A stretch of 64,000 nt of DNA, from assembly GCA_044358425.1 (NCBI GenBank), contig CP054849.1:1081446-1145445 (forward strand), given 5' to 3'. Below are positions 48,208 to 56,660 of the stretch, one piece after another. Position 1 is the first letter of the stretch. Each line of letters opens with the position of its first letter. The position numbers and the translations under genes were made by a program. The DNA is from Marine Group I thaumarchaeote (GTDB taxonomy: Archaea > Thermoproteota > Nitrososphaeria > Nitrososphaerales > Nitrosopumilaceae). Below the pieces are notes generated by a model. It did no database searches. It worked only from the letters and a program-made list of their open reading frames with translations, and was not told the DNA's origin.

Positions 48208-49755
48208 TCACAAATTGATATTTCCATGTTTTCTAGGTAATTGTTTTTCTCTTTTATTTGCAAGCATTTCTAATGCTTTAATCAACATAGGTCTGGTTTC
48301 AGCAGGATTAATTACATTATCAACTGTTCCATGAGATGCAGCAACGTAAGGATTTTCGAATTTTTCTGCAAATTCATCTACTAATTGTTTTTTAAGAGAT
48401 TCAGGATCATCTGAAGCAGCAAGATCTTTTCTATTCATAATCTTTACAGCTGCTTCACCACCTAAAACGGCACATTTGGCTGTAGGCCAGGCATAATTAA
48501 TATCAGTTCTGAGGTTTTTACTACCCATTGCAATGTATGCACCACCATATGCTTTACCAATAACTAAAGTAATTCTTGGAACAGTTGCTTCACAATATGC
48601 ATAAAGCAATTTACTTCCATGTCTAATGATTCCATTATGTTCTTGATTTGAACCTGGCATGTAACCTGGTGTATCAACTAAAGTAATTATTGGAATGTTA
48701 AATGAATCACAAAATCGAATAAATCGTGAAGCTTTATTTGATGAATCAATATCTAATGCACCTGCAAGATGCATTGGTTGATTAGCTACAATTCCAACAA
48801 CATTACCATTTAGTCTACCATATCCAACTACAATATTTGGTGCAAATAATTCATGAACTTCAAAGAATTCATGATCATCAACAATTGAATTAATAATTTC
48901 TTTCATGTCATAGGGTTGTAAAGGATTTTCTGGCATGATATTGATTAAATTGTTATCCAATCTATTTGGGTCATCGTCAGTGGAAACTTTTGGTGGTTGT
49001 TCAGTATTATTTTGAGGTAAAAATGAAATTAGTTTTTTGATGTAATCCATACATTCGTATTCATTTTCAGCAACAAAGTGTGCAACACCACTTTTTGTTC
49101 CGTGGGTATTAGCACCACCAAGTTCTTCAAAAGAAATTTCTTCACCTAACACAGTTTTAACAACATCTGGTCCAGTTACAAACATGCTTCCAATTTTTTC
49201 TACCATAATAACAAAATCAGTCATTGCAGGAGAATAAACAGAACCACCTGCAGATGGACCAACACTTGCAGTAATCTGTGGAATAACTCCAGAAGCTAAT
49301 TGATTGTGATAAAATATATCTGCAAATCCATCTAAACTCATAATTCCTTCTTGTATTCTAGCACCACCTGAATCCATAATTCCAATAATTGGACATCCAG
49401 TTCTAACTGCATGATCCATTAATTTAGTAATTTTTTTAGCTCCCATCTGACTTAATGTACCACCTAAAACAGTGAAATCATATGCAAAAACAAAGATTTG
49501 ACGACCAGAAACATTTCCATATCCGCCTATGACACCATCAGTAAAAAATTTCTTTTTTTGCATATCATACTCATAATAATGATGAGTAGTCATTGGATCG
49601 ACTTCAACAAAAGTTCCTTCATCAAGAAGTAAATCTATTCTTTCACGAGCAGTTAGTTTGCCTTTTTCGTGCTGAGATAAAATACGTTCTTCTCCACCAC
49701 CTTGTAATGCAGTGTTTTTGTTTTTTGTGAATTCATCGATCTTCTCAGAATGCAT
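48208..49755 (-). CDS. pccB: Carboxyltransferase subunit of acetyl/propionyl-CoA carboxylase (3HP/4HB cycle)
   Basis: GKLTARER, DSGGARIQEG, KAYGGA, RKHGNI motifs. Confidence 0.94.
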   Translation of the reverse strand: MHSEKIDEFTKNKNTALQGGGEERILSQHEKGKLTARERIDLLLDEGTFVEVDPMTTHHYYEYDMQKKKFFTDGVIGGYGNVSGRQIFVFAYDFTVLGGTLSQMGAKKITKLMDHAVRTGCPIIGIMDSGGARIQEGIMSLDGFADIFYHNQLASGVIPQITASVGPSAGGSVYSPAMTDFVIMVEKIGSMFVTGPDVVKTVLGEEISFEELGGANTHGTKSGVAHFVAENEYECMDYIKKLISFLPQNNTEQPPKVSTDDDPNRLDNNLINIMPENPLQPYDMKEIINSIVDDHEFFEVHELFAPNIVVGYGRLNGNVVGIVANQPMHLAGALDIDSSNKASRFIRFCDSFNIPIITLVDTPGYMPGSNQEHNGIIRHGSKLLYAYCEATVPRITLVIGKAYGGAYIAMGSKNLRTDINYAWPTAKCAVLGGEAAVKIMNRKDLAASDDPESLKKQLVDEFAEKFENPYVAASHGTVDNVINPAETRPMLIKALEMLANKREKQLPRKHGNINL

Positions 49756-49843
49756 TATTTGATTAGAATCAAAAGTTTTCATATATTAATCTAATTTGAA
49801 TTCATGAAAATTCATCAAAAATATAGATCTAAGGTAAAAACTT

Positions 49844-50155
49844 TCAAGAATTGATAATTGAGAATTTTTTGTGAGATGATTTTTGATATGAATTAAAAGC
49901 GTCTTTTTCATCACTACATTTCTTACATATACATAATTGAGAAACATTTGGAATATCACAAATATCTTGAAATTCACATTGAGAGCAGCCAGCAGGGGAA
50001 CCACATACAATACATTGTAATTCATTAGTTTCAGCACATTTTTCATGCTTCACACCTACACCTTTTGACCACAATCCAATTTCATTAATTTCAATTTTGT
50101 CATTGCAAACAATACAAGTACCAGGAAATTTCATAGGAATTTTGATCCAGCTCAT
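49844..50155 (-). CDS. Cys-rich multi-zinc-finger hypothetical protein
   Basis: CIVC...HEKC, CIVC, CSQC, CICKKC clusters in 103 aa. Confidence 0.75.
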   Translation of the reverse strand: MSWIKIPMKFPGTCIVCNDKIEINEIGLWSKGVGVKHEKCAETNELQCIVCGSPAGCSQCEFQDICDIPNVSQLCICKKCSDEKDAFNSYQKSSHKKFSIINS

Positions 50156-51309
50156 TGTAACATTTCAATCTCCTTATCAATAATATCGCCAAAGGTTTCT
50201 TCTAATTCTAATTCCAATTTTTTATTTTTTATACAAAATAGAACATATGGTAAACATATTGTAACGAATGCACTAGAAGATAGATGTAATTTTTTAGACA
50301 TTATTGAAGACAATGATTTAATTTTTGCACCATCCCAGCGAATTCTATTAAGAACAGGCCAAGATAAATTATATTTTGAATATCTAATTCTATCATCTTT
50401 TTGATACAAACTAATTAAAATATCATTAAGATAACGTAGTAATCTCCAATTTTGAGTTTTCATTATTTTTCCAAACAACATGTCAGCGTTAGAAATAATT
50501 TCTAAATATTTTGCGAGAGAGTCACTATCCAAATCGCTAGTAATTATACTTGAATAAAATGCATTAATTTTTTCTCTAGGATCAATTTGTATTGAATATA
50601 AAACACCACGAGCTTCTTCAATAGAATTTGCTTTAAAAAATGCATTAATTCCATCTTCAATGTTAATATTTTCAAAAGAGGATGCAGTTTGTGGATTAAA
50701 TCCAGTTATCAAGGATTGAGTGAGATTAATCATAGAACGAATATCACCTCTAGATTTATCAATTACTTTGATTAAAGAACCAGGACTAAGTTTTTCATTT
50801 TCTTTTTTTAAAATATTATCTAAATATACCCGCAATAATCTTGGTGGAATTTTTTTAAATGATATTGTTGTTACTGCTTTTTTTATACTCTTCATTTTAT
50901 CTGAATCATCATAATTAGCAGCAAGTAAAATTGGAACATTTGGTTTCTTCAAAATATCAACTAGAGCAGAAGCACCACCATAATCTCCACGACCGTGAAT
51001 TCCATCAACCTCATCAACAAAAATCATAGGAGTTCCCAAAACACTGACATTACCTAAAACAGGAGTGAGAATTTCATTAATTCTAGATTTGCTACGTACA
51101 TCACTAGCATTAAGTCCGATCATATCGTAACCAAATTGTTTAGCTAAAAGATATGCGATAGTAGTCTTTCCAATTCCAGGAGGTCCAATGATTAAAAGAG
51201 GTTTTGTACCCTTTTTCCATTTTGCAAACCATTTGATTATTGCTTCACGGGGTTCTTCATTACCCACCATATCAGAAATATTCTGAGGTCGATATTTTTC
51301 AGACCACAT
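50152..51309 (-). CDS. rfcL: Replication factor C large subunit
   Basis: WSEKYRP, GPPGIGKTT, LNASD, DEVD, GDIRS motifs. Confidence 0.9.
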   Translation of the reverse strand: MWSEKYRPQNISDMVGNEEPREAIIKWFAKWKKGTKPLLIIGPPGIGKTTIAYLLAKQFGYDMIGLNASDVRSKSRINEILTPVLGNVSVLGTPMIFVDEVDGIHGRGDYGGASALVDILKKPNVPILLAANYDDSDKMKSIKKAVTTISFKKIPPRLLRVYLDNILKKENEKLSPGSLIKVIDKSRGDIRSMINLTQSLITGFNPQTASSFENINIEDGINAFFKANSIEEARGVLYSIQIDPREKINAFYSSIITSDLDSDSLAKYLEIISNADMLFGKIMKTQNWRLLRYLNDILISLYQKDDRIRYSKYNLSWPVLNRIRWDGAKIKSLSSIMSKKLHLSSSAFVTICLPYVLFCIKNKKLELELEETFGDIIDKEIEMLQ

Positions 51310-51317
51310 CAATTTTA

Positions 51318-52445
51318 TCACTTGGTTGGAAGATTTTTGTTCAAATCTGACCAGATGTTTTCTTCTTGTAATTTCTTATACCAGAATTGATTATAATGTT
51401 CTACAGTAAGAAATAGAAATTCTAAGAATTTAGTGTGTGAAAAATTATTAGGCAATTTTTCTAAAGCATCTCTTGCTTCTCTCAAATAAGATTCACTATG
51501 ATTCATTGTTTCTTCAAATCCACTCTTTGCGTCATTCATTTTTAATGAATAAAATAATGGCCAAGAAGGAATTTTTGCAGCCCTATCTCTAATACTATCT
51601 TCAATTTCATTTCCACATCCTACAGATTCAGCAGCTTTTGCCATTCCAGTGTAGAAAATATCAGCTAAAGGTGCACGATTCAAAGCCATGTTTCTACCGG
51701 CAGTTCCCATAACAGAACGATATTTTTTGTAGCTTTCAATTAATTCTTCTTCAGTAATTTCTGTAGGTTTATCTTTTAATTTTGTATCAAGATACTGTCC
51801 AATTCTTGCTTGTTTGAAACCTTCTTCAAATTCTTTTAGTACATCTTCACCGCCTTTTGAAATTTTTTCTCTTGCAAGTTTCAAAATGTAAGGATTCATC
51901 AATTTGTAATCATCTAAATATTCCAAGTCTTCATCTTTGTCTACAATTCTATCCATTGGTTCACTAAGATCAATTGCAATAATATGACCATCAACAATAT
52001 CTTCTCTCATTGTAGTACTTTCATCATCTTTGAAATAATCTGTTGATGCATCAAAAAGACCATTAAAAACAGGAAAGGTCATTTTAACAAAATTTGAATT
52101 TAAAATTCTTAGTACCCTATCATGCAATGTATCAAAATCTTGCAATTTAGATTTTATAGGCTCAATTTCAGATGCATTCAAAATAATTTCAGTCGAACCC
52201 ACTTCTTCAGCAAATTGTTGTTGGGTCGTATTAGGAGATTCATCAGCATTTATTTGATCAAATAGATTCTTTGCAAATCTTTGAGCAAATGCAGGAAACG
52301 TATCTTCAGCTTCTTGCTTATATTGATTGAATAATTTGAATCCCTTTGATTTGAATAGGCCTTGTTTAATGATTTGTTTTCCAGGTTTCGTACCCATTAA
52401 AGCACCTTTGCTAAAAATAGATTCGTCTTTTCCACTCACACACAC
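51318..52445 (-). CDS. Conserved hypothetical protein; apparent divergent isoprenoid-synthase (class I terpene synthase) fold
   Basis: Long clean ORF; KMTFP, DRIVD, GQYLD, NEIEDSIRD, KIPSWP motifs are colinear with IPPS motifs (see findings). Confidence 0.6.
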   Translation of the reverse strand: MCVSGKDESIFSKGALMGTKPGKQIIKQGLFKSKGFKLFNQYKQEAEDTFPAFAQRFAKNLFDQINADESPNTTQQQFAEEVGSTEIILNASEIEPIKSKLQDFDTLHDRVLRILNSNFVKMTFPVFNGLFDASTDYFKDDESTTMREDIVDGHIIAIDLSEPMDRIVDKDEDLEYLDDYKLMNPYILKLAREKISKGGEDVLKEFEEGFKQARIGQYLDTKLKDKPTEITEEELIESYKKYRSVMGTAGRNMALNRAPLADIFYTGMAKAAESVGCGNEIEDSIRDRAAKIPSWPLFYSLKMNDAKSGFEETMNHSESYLREARDALEKLPNNFSHTKFLEFLFLTVEHYNQFWYKKLQEENIWSDLNKNLPTK

Positions 52446-52519
52446 AATTCAATCTGTTGTTATTTATGCTTTCAAAAAAAAATTTCTTCACTTAAATTAC
52501 GAAAGAAGAATAATCGTTT

Positions 52520-53317
52520 ATGGAAGTTATAGAAATTCTTCGTGAAGCATCAAATCGAATTTATAGAAATGTAAAAGATCTTGCAGGGACAGAAGAGGCT
52601 GCAGGAGATTTTGGCAGAGGTGCAGGTGGAGATATTTCACGAAATATTGACATTACTGCTGAACAAACTGTTTTAGATTATCTAAAAGAAATAAAGTTTG
52701 AATGTATTGTTTTAGGTGAAGAATGTGGCAGGGTAGAATTATCAGATAATCCAAAAGGGTATATCATAATGGATGCAATAGATGGTTCAGCAAATGCTGT
52801 ACGTGGTGTACCATTTTTTTGTAGTTCATTAGCATTTGCAACAGAAAATAAACTTAGTTCTATTACAGATGGAGTAATTACAGATTTAACAAATGGAGAT
52901 ATGTATTGGGCTTCAAAAGGAAAAGGTTCATTTTTGAATGAAAAACAAATCAAAGTACAACAAAAAGAACCAATTTACAAAATTGTTGGAATTAACACAT
53001 CGGGTGGCTCTAATGAATTAATGCAACGTATGTATCCAATATTTCAAAATCATAATCATACCAGACATTTTGGAGCCAACGCATTAGAGATGGCATTATT
53101 TGCAAGAGGTTTGATGGATGTTTTTATTGACTTTAGAGATAAAATTAGAATTCAAGATATTGCTGCAGGATGCATTATTGTAAAAGAATCTGGAGGTTTA
53201 CTTTTAGATGCAGATTTGAATCCACTTGATGCAGATCTAAGTTATGAGACAAGAGTCTCATTTATTGCTGCAGCAAATCAAAAAATTCTTGATGAAATAA
53301 TGTCACAAATTAATTAG
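52520..53317 (+). CDS. Bifunctional fructose-1,6-bisphosphatase/inositol monophosphatase family protein
   Basis: GAGGD, GEE, DAIDGSAN, DIAAG motifs. Confidence 0.9.
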   Translation: MEVIEILREASNRIYRNVKDLAGTEEAAGDFGRGAGGDISRNIDITAEQTVLDYLKEIKFECIVLGEECGRVELSDNPKGYIIMDAIDGSANAVRGVPFFCSSLAFATENKLSSITDGVITDLTNGDMYWASKGKGSFLNEKQIKVQQKEPIYKIVGINTSGGSNELMQRMYPIFQNHNHTRHFGANALEMALFARGLMDVFIDFRDKIRIQDIAAGCIIVKESGGLLLDADLNPLDADLSYETRVSFIAAANQKILDEIMSQIN

Positions 53318-53395
53318 AATTTTAGTAATAATCTGATCTCTAGAATTACTTTGTAAGAGAAATATATTTATCCAAAGTAGCAGGATGCTTCGTTA

Positions 53396-54238
53396 ATGGT
53401 TACTGAAATGAAGGCAAAAGTTGTCTATAGAGAATTACTAAAAGAAGATCTAGTAATCATAAGATTGGTCCCAGAAAACGGGATGCCAGAGTACAAAACT
53501 GGGCAATTTTTAACAATTGGTCTTCCAATACCAGCAGAAAAAAAAGTGGTTAGAAGAGCATATTCTATTGCATCACATGCTGAGAATAGAGACTATTTTG
53601 AATTTGTTATTAGATGGGTTAGAAAACCACTTCCAGGAAGAGTTACCACAGAATTATTTTATCTCAGTGTTGGTGACGAAGTTTTGTTAGGTGATCCTAC
53701 AGGAGCTGCATTACTGATTAGTGATAAATTACATAATGGTGAAAAAGATAACAGAAGAGTAATTTGTGTAGGTGGAGGAACAGGTTTAGCTCCATTCATC
53801 GCATTTGCAAAACATTTCCAAGATACAAACGACAAAAGGGAAATTATTGTTTTGCATGGTGCAAGTTATGTTGATGAGTTAAGTTACAAACGTCTGTTAA
53901 CAGATATGGAATTAGAAAGTGAAAAAAATGGTAGAGATAAATGGAATTTTAGATATAGAGCAGCAATTAGTAGGCCAAAGGAATTTTTCAATAGATCTTG
54001 GAATGGTCATGTTGGTAGAGTAGAATCATTTTTCAAACCAGATAAAAAAACAGGATTGTCACCAGTAGAAGAAATGGTAGGTGAAGAATTAACTCCTGAA
54101 AATTCAATTATCTATATTTGTGGATATCAAGGTACCATAGATGGTGTAATTGATCATTTAGGTCCAAAAGGATTTGTAACAGAACATGAAAAAAAATCTG
54201 ATGGTAGTTTTGGTATCAAATACGAATCATATGGATAA
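53396..54238 (+). CDS. Ferredoxin--NADP+ reductase family flavoprotein
   Basis: RRAYSIAS, GGGTGLAPF, YICG motifs. Confidence 0.9.
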   Translation: MVTEMKAKVVYRELLKEDLVIIRLVPENGMPEYKTGQFLTIGLPIPAEKKVVRRAYSIASHAENRDYFEFVIRWVRKPLPGRVTTELFYLSVGDEVLLGDPTGAALLISDKLHNGEKDNRRVICVGGGTGLAPFIAFAKHFQDTNDKREIIVLHGASYVDELSYKRLLTDMELESEKNGRDKWNFRYRAAISRPKEFFNRSWNGHVGRVESFFKPDKKTGLSPVEEMVGEELTPENSIIYICGYQGTIDGVIDHLGPKGFVTEHEKKSDGSFGIKYESYG

Positions 54239-54308
54239 AAAAAATTCTAGTATTATTGTTAAATCTAAAATATCATAATTTTTATACTATAATTAATTTC
54301 AACAAAAT

Positions 54309-54473
54309 ATGCCTAAGATAATGTGTCGTGACTATGGTTTTGAATGTGATTTTGTGGCTGATGGAGAAAATGAAAAAGTGATTGAAGATTTTAGAAATCA
54401 TGCTGAAAATGAACATGGAATAGATTATACAGTTGAGGCAGTAAAACAAATTCTAATTAGAAAACAAAAATAA
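54309..54473 (+). CDS. DUF1059-like small metal-binding protein (54 aa); not in ORF track
   Basis: Hand translation MPKIMCRDYGFECDFVADGENEKVIEDFRNHAENEHGIDYTVEAVKQILIRKQK*, pattern C-x6-C...H-x4-HG. Confidence 0.82.
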   Translation: MPKIMCRDYGFECDFVADGENEKVIEDFRNHAENEHGIDYTVEAVKQILIRKQK

Positions 54474-54479
54474 AAATTT

Positions 54480-55556
54480 CTAAGCATCTAGTTTTTTCAT
54501 TCTTGCAGACAATACAGGTAATTCTTTGGCAATAATTTTTTCGACGGCTGGAATAATTGAAGTTCTGTGCTTAACACTTTCATCATAAATTTCAGCTATT
54601 TGGTCTCTAAAAAGCAATTTAATTCCTGGAAGAGCAGTAATGCCTTCATCAACAGTTCTAGGATCTGATAAATCTAAAATCAATGTACCCTTTTTCTTTT
54701 CTTTCATTAGAAGTTGAATTCTTTCAAATGTAATCAAGAAATAATCGGATGTTGTTGCTACAAAAATAATATCATATTTATCAAATGTGGTTAATACATC
54801 ATTGAAGTCAATTGGGTTTCCGCCTACAACATTGCTAAATCCTGTAGCACGTTCAATTGTTCTACTACTAACATCATAAGAAATTTCTTTTTTGTTTAGT
54901 GTTTTTGCAACTAAAGCAGCGGAATTTCCCGTTCCTATTAACAAAACTTTTTTCTTTGCATCTAATCCAGCTTTCTCTTCAACTAACTTTACTGCAACAT
55001 CTCCTAGAGATACAATATCTTTTGCAATTCCAGTAGAATCCCTCATTCTAGAAGATAATCGAATTACACTTTCAAATAATTTATTGAGAATAGTACCAGA
55101 CGTTCCTGCAGATTTAGCATGAGATAAAGATTGAACTATTTCATCAAATACTTCTTGTTTTCCAACAACAAATGAATCAATACCAGAGCCTAAGCGTAAG
55201 AGATTAAGGTAAACATCATCACTTTTGTAAACTTCAATTGTTTGATCAAAGTGATCAATGTCAATTTGTTCTAATTCTGTTAAATTTATCCATGTTTCTT
55301 TAACTTGATTCAAAATCAGAGTTTTACCTTCAGCTCTTCTTGCATCAGGAGAATCTACAGTTTCAGTATTACTTACTGTAAAAATTTCAATTCTGCTAGC
55401 AGTTTGAATAATAATACATTCATCAACACCAGGAATTTTTTTAAATTCATCTGCTGCTGCTCCAACATCTTTGAACGCAAATTTAGATAACTCATGTAAT
55501 GGAACATTTTTGAAAGTTACTCTCGTATTCATTACATCAAAAATTACGTGATCCAT
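54480..55556 (-). CDS. Glutamyl-tRNA reductase (HemA)-like protein lacking the catalytic Cys
   Basis: HemA architecture (QTASRIE in place of STCNR, GIDSFVVG, VS, IGTG, SRT, DLSDPR) without the C-terminal dimerisation domain. Confidence 0.8.
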   Translation of the reverse strand: MDHVIFDVMNTRVTFKNVPLHELSKFAFKDVGAAADEFKKIPGVDECIIIQTASRIEIFTVSNTETVDSPDARRAEGKTLILNQVKETWINLTELEQIDIDHFDQTIEVYKSDDVYLNLLRLGSGIDSFVVGKQEVFDEIVQSLSHAKSAGTSGTILNKLFESVIRLSSRMRDSTGIAKDIVSLGDVAVKLVEEKAGLDAKKKVLLIGTGNSAALVAKTLNKKEISYDVSSRTIERATGFSNVVGGNPIDFNDVLTTFDKYDIIFVATTSDYFLITFERIQLLMKEKKKGTLILDLSDPRTVDEGITALPGIKLLFRDQIAEIYDESVKHRTSIIPAVEKIIAKELPVLSARMKKLDA

Positions 55557-55571
55557 CTTCTCATCTCATTC

Positions 55572-56288
55572 CTAAGCGCTAATTTTATTCCGTCCGCCTT
55601 TTGCAGTTCTAAAAACATTCATTCCAATATAGTAATTTTCATGTATTGATTCTAAGTAAGTAATTTCATTTTCTGTTGCAAGAATTTCTTTTTCTGTAGA
55701 TTCAGGATCACTTTTTTGTTTTACAAGTTTAGCTTTTAATTCATCCAAGAAAGAATCTACACCGCGTTCATAATTTGATACTCCGCCAAACTCAGGACTA
55801 AGAACATGTTGTGGATTGTATGCAGGAGTTTGATCATGAGGAGTTTCAGCTTTTCTTGTAATAGATTCTTGTTCATCTGCTGAAAGAATAGGTCTTGGAA
55901 ATCTATCTTCTTTTTCTAACCAAAATTCAGGTTCACCCATGTCTCTTCTAAAAATTTCTTCACCTTGACGTTTGAATGTATAATCAACTTTTTTGCCAGT
56001 ATCTGCTTTTACTTCTGCAGCGATTGCCTTGTATTCTTCATCTGCTGCAGCTTCCAATTTTGCTCTTGCAGCTTCTGCTTTTTCAAGAGCTTCTTGAACT
56101 GCAGCTTCTGCATCAGCAACTGCTTTTGCTTCTGCTTCCACTCTAGCTGCTGCTTCTTGAGCAGCTTTTGATTCTGCTTCTGCTTTTGCTTCTGCTGCTT
56201 TTTTTATTTCCTCAGCAGATGGTTCTTCGGATTTAGTCTCTTCAGTTGTTTTTGCCTCAACTTCAGATTCTTTTTTCTCTTCAGACAA
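55572..56288 (-). CDS. Hypothetical protein with acidic Ala/Glu/Lys coiled-coil N-terminal half
   Basis: AAEAKAEAESKAAQEAAA-type helix followed by a normal-complexity C-terminal domain; TTG start. Confidence 0.78.
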   Translation of the reverse strand: MSEEKKESEVEAKTTEETKSEEPSAEEIKKAAEAKAEAESKAAQEAAARVEAEAKAVADAEAAVQEALEKAEAARAKLEAAADEEYKAIAAEVKADTGKKVDYTFKRQGEEIFRRDMGEPEFWLEKEDRFPRPILSADEQESITRKAETPHDQTPAYNPQHVLSPEFGGVSNYERGVDSFLDELKAKLVKQKSDPESTEKEILATENEITYLESIHENYYIGMNVFRTAKGGRNKISA

Positions 56289-56399
56289 TAAATTTCCCTA
56301 AAATTCCCTGAATTTTAAGATTCTTGTAACAAAATTTGATGCCAAAATTGGAAATGAAAATGATATTGATCGCAATAATAAATAAAATAATTAAAATTA

Positions 56400-56477
56400 T
56401 GGCGCCCTCGGCGGGATTTGAACACGCGTCTCAGCCGTGACAGGGCCGAATTCTAGACCGGGCTATACTACAAGGGC
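56400..56477 (-). tRNA. tRNA-Asp (GTC), CCA encoded
   Basis: GCCCTTG/CGAGGGC acceptor; CGGCC-CTGTCAC-GGCTG anticodon arm. Confidence 0.94.
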
Positions 56478-56573
56478 ACAAGTTGTATGAGACAAAATCC
56501 TAGATTAAAAGTTTCTGCCATACTTGTATAGTTTCTAAAAGACTAAATTATACGCAAAAATGATTTTTTGTGT

Positions 56574-56647
56574 GGGTCTATGGCGCAGCCAGGTAGCGCA
56601 CCGGACTTTTAATCCGGTTGTCGAGGGTCCGAATCCCTCTAGACCCG
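56574..56647 (+). tRNA. tRNA-Lys (TTT)
   Basis: GGGTCTA/TAGACCC acceptor; CCGGA-CTTTTAA-TCCGG anticodon arm. Confidence 0.94.
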
Positions 56648-56660
56648 CTATTTTTGATTA

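Noticed and set aside
49786-50046. 86-aa ORF overlapping the zinc-finger gene
   Set aside because: Alternate frame of the Cys-rich ORF, which has coherent motifs and an ATGA coupling to rfcL
56020-56220. Repetitive gcttctgc/gcttttgc tract as a possible CRISPR or tandem array
   Set aside because: Explained by Ala/Glu/Lys codons of a coiled coil; no constant repeat-spacer periodicity
8056-56647. Introns or split halves in the six tRNA genes
   Set aside because: All fold as contiguous cloverleaves of normal length with 7-nt anticodon loops
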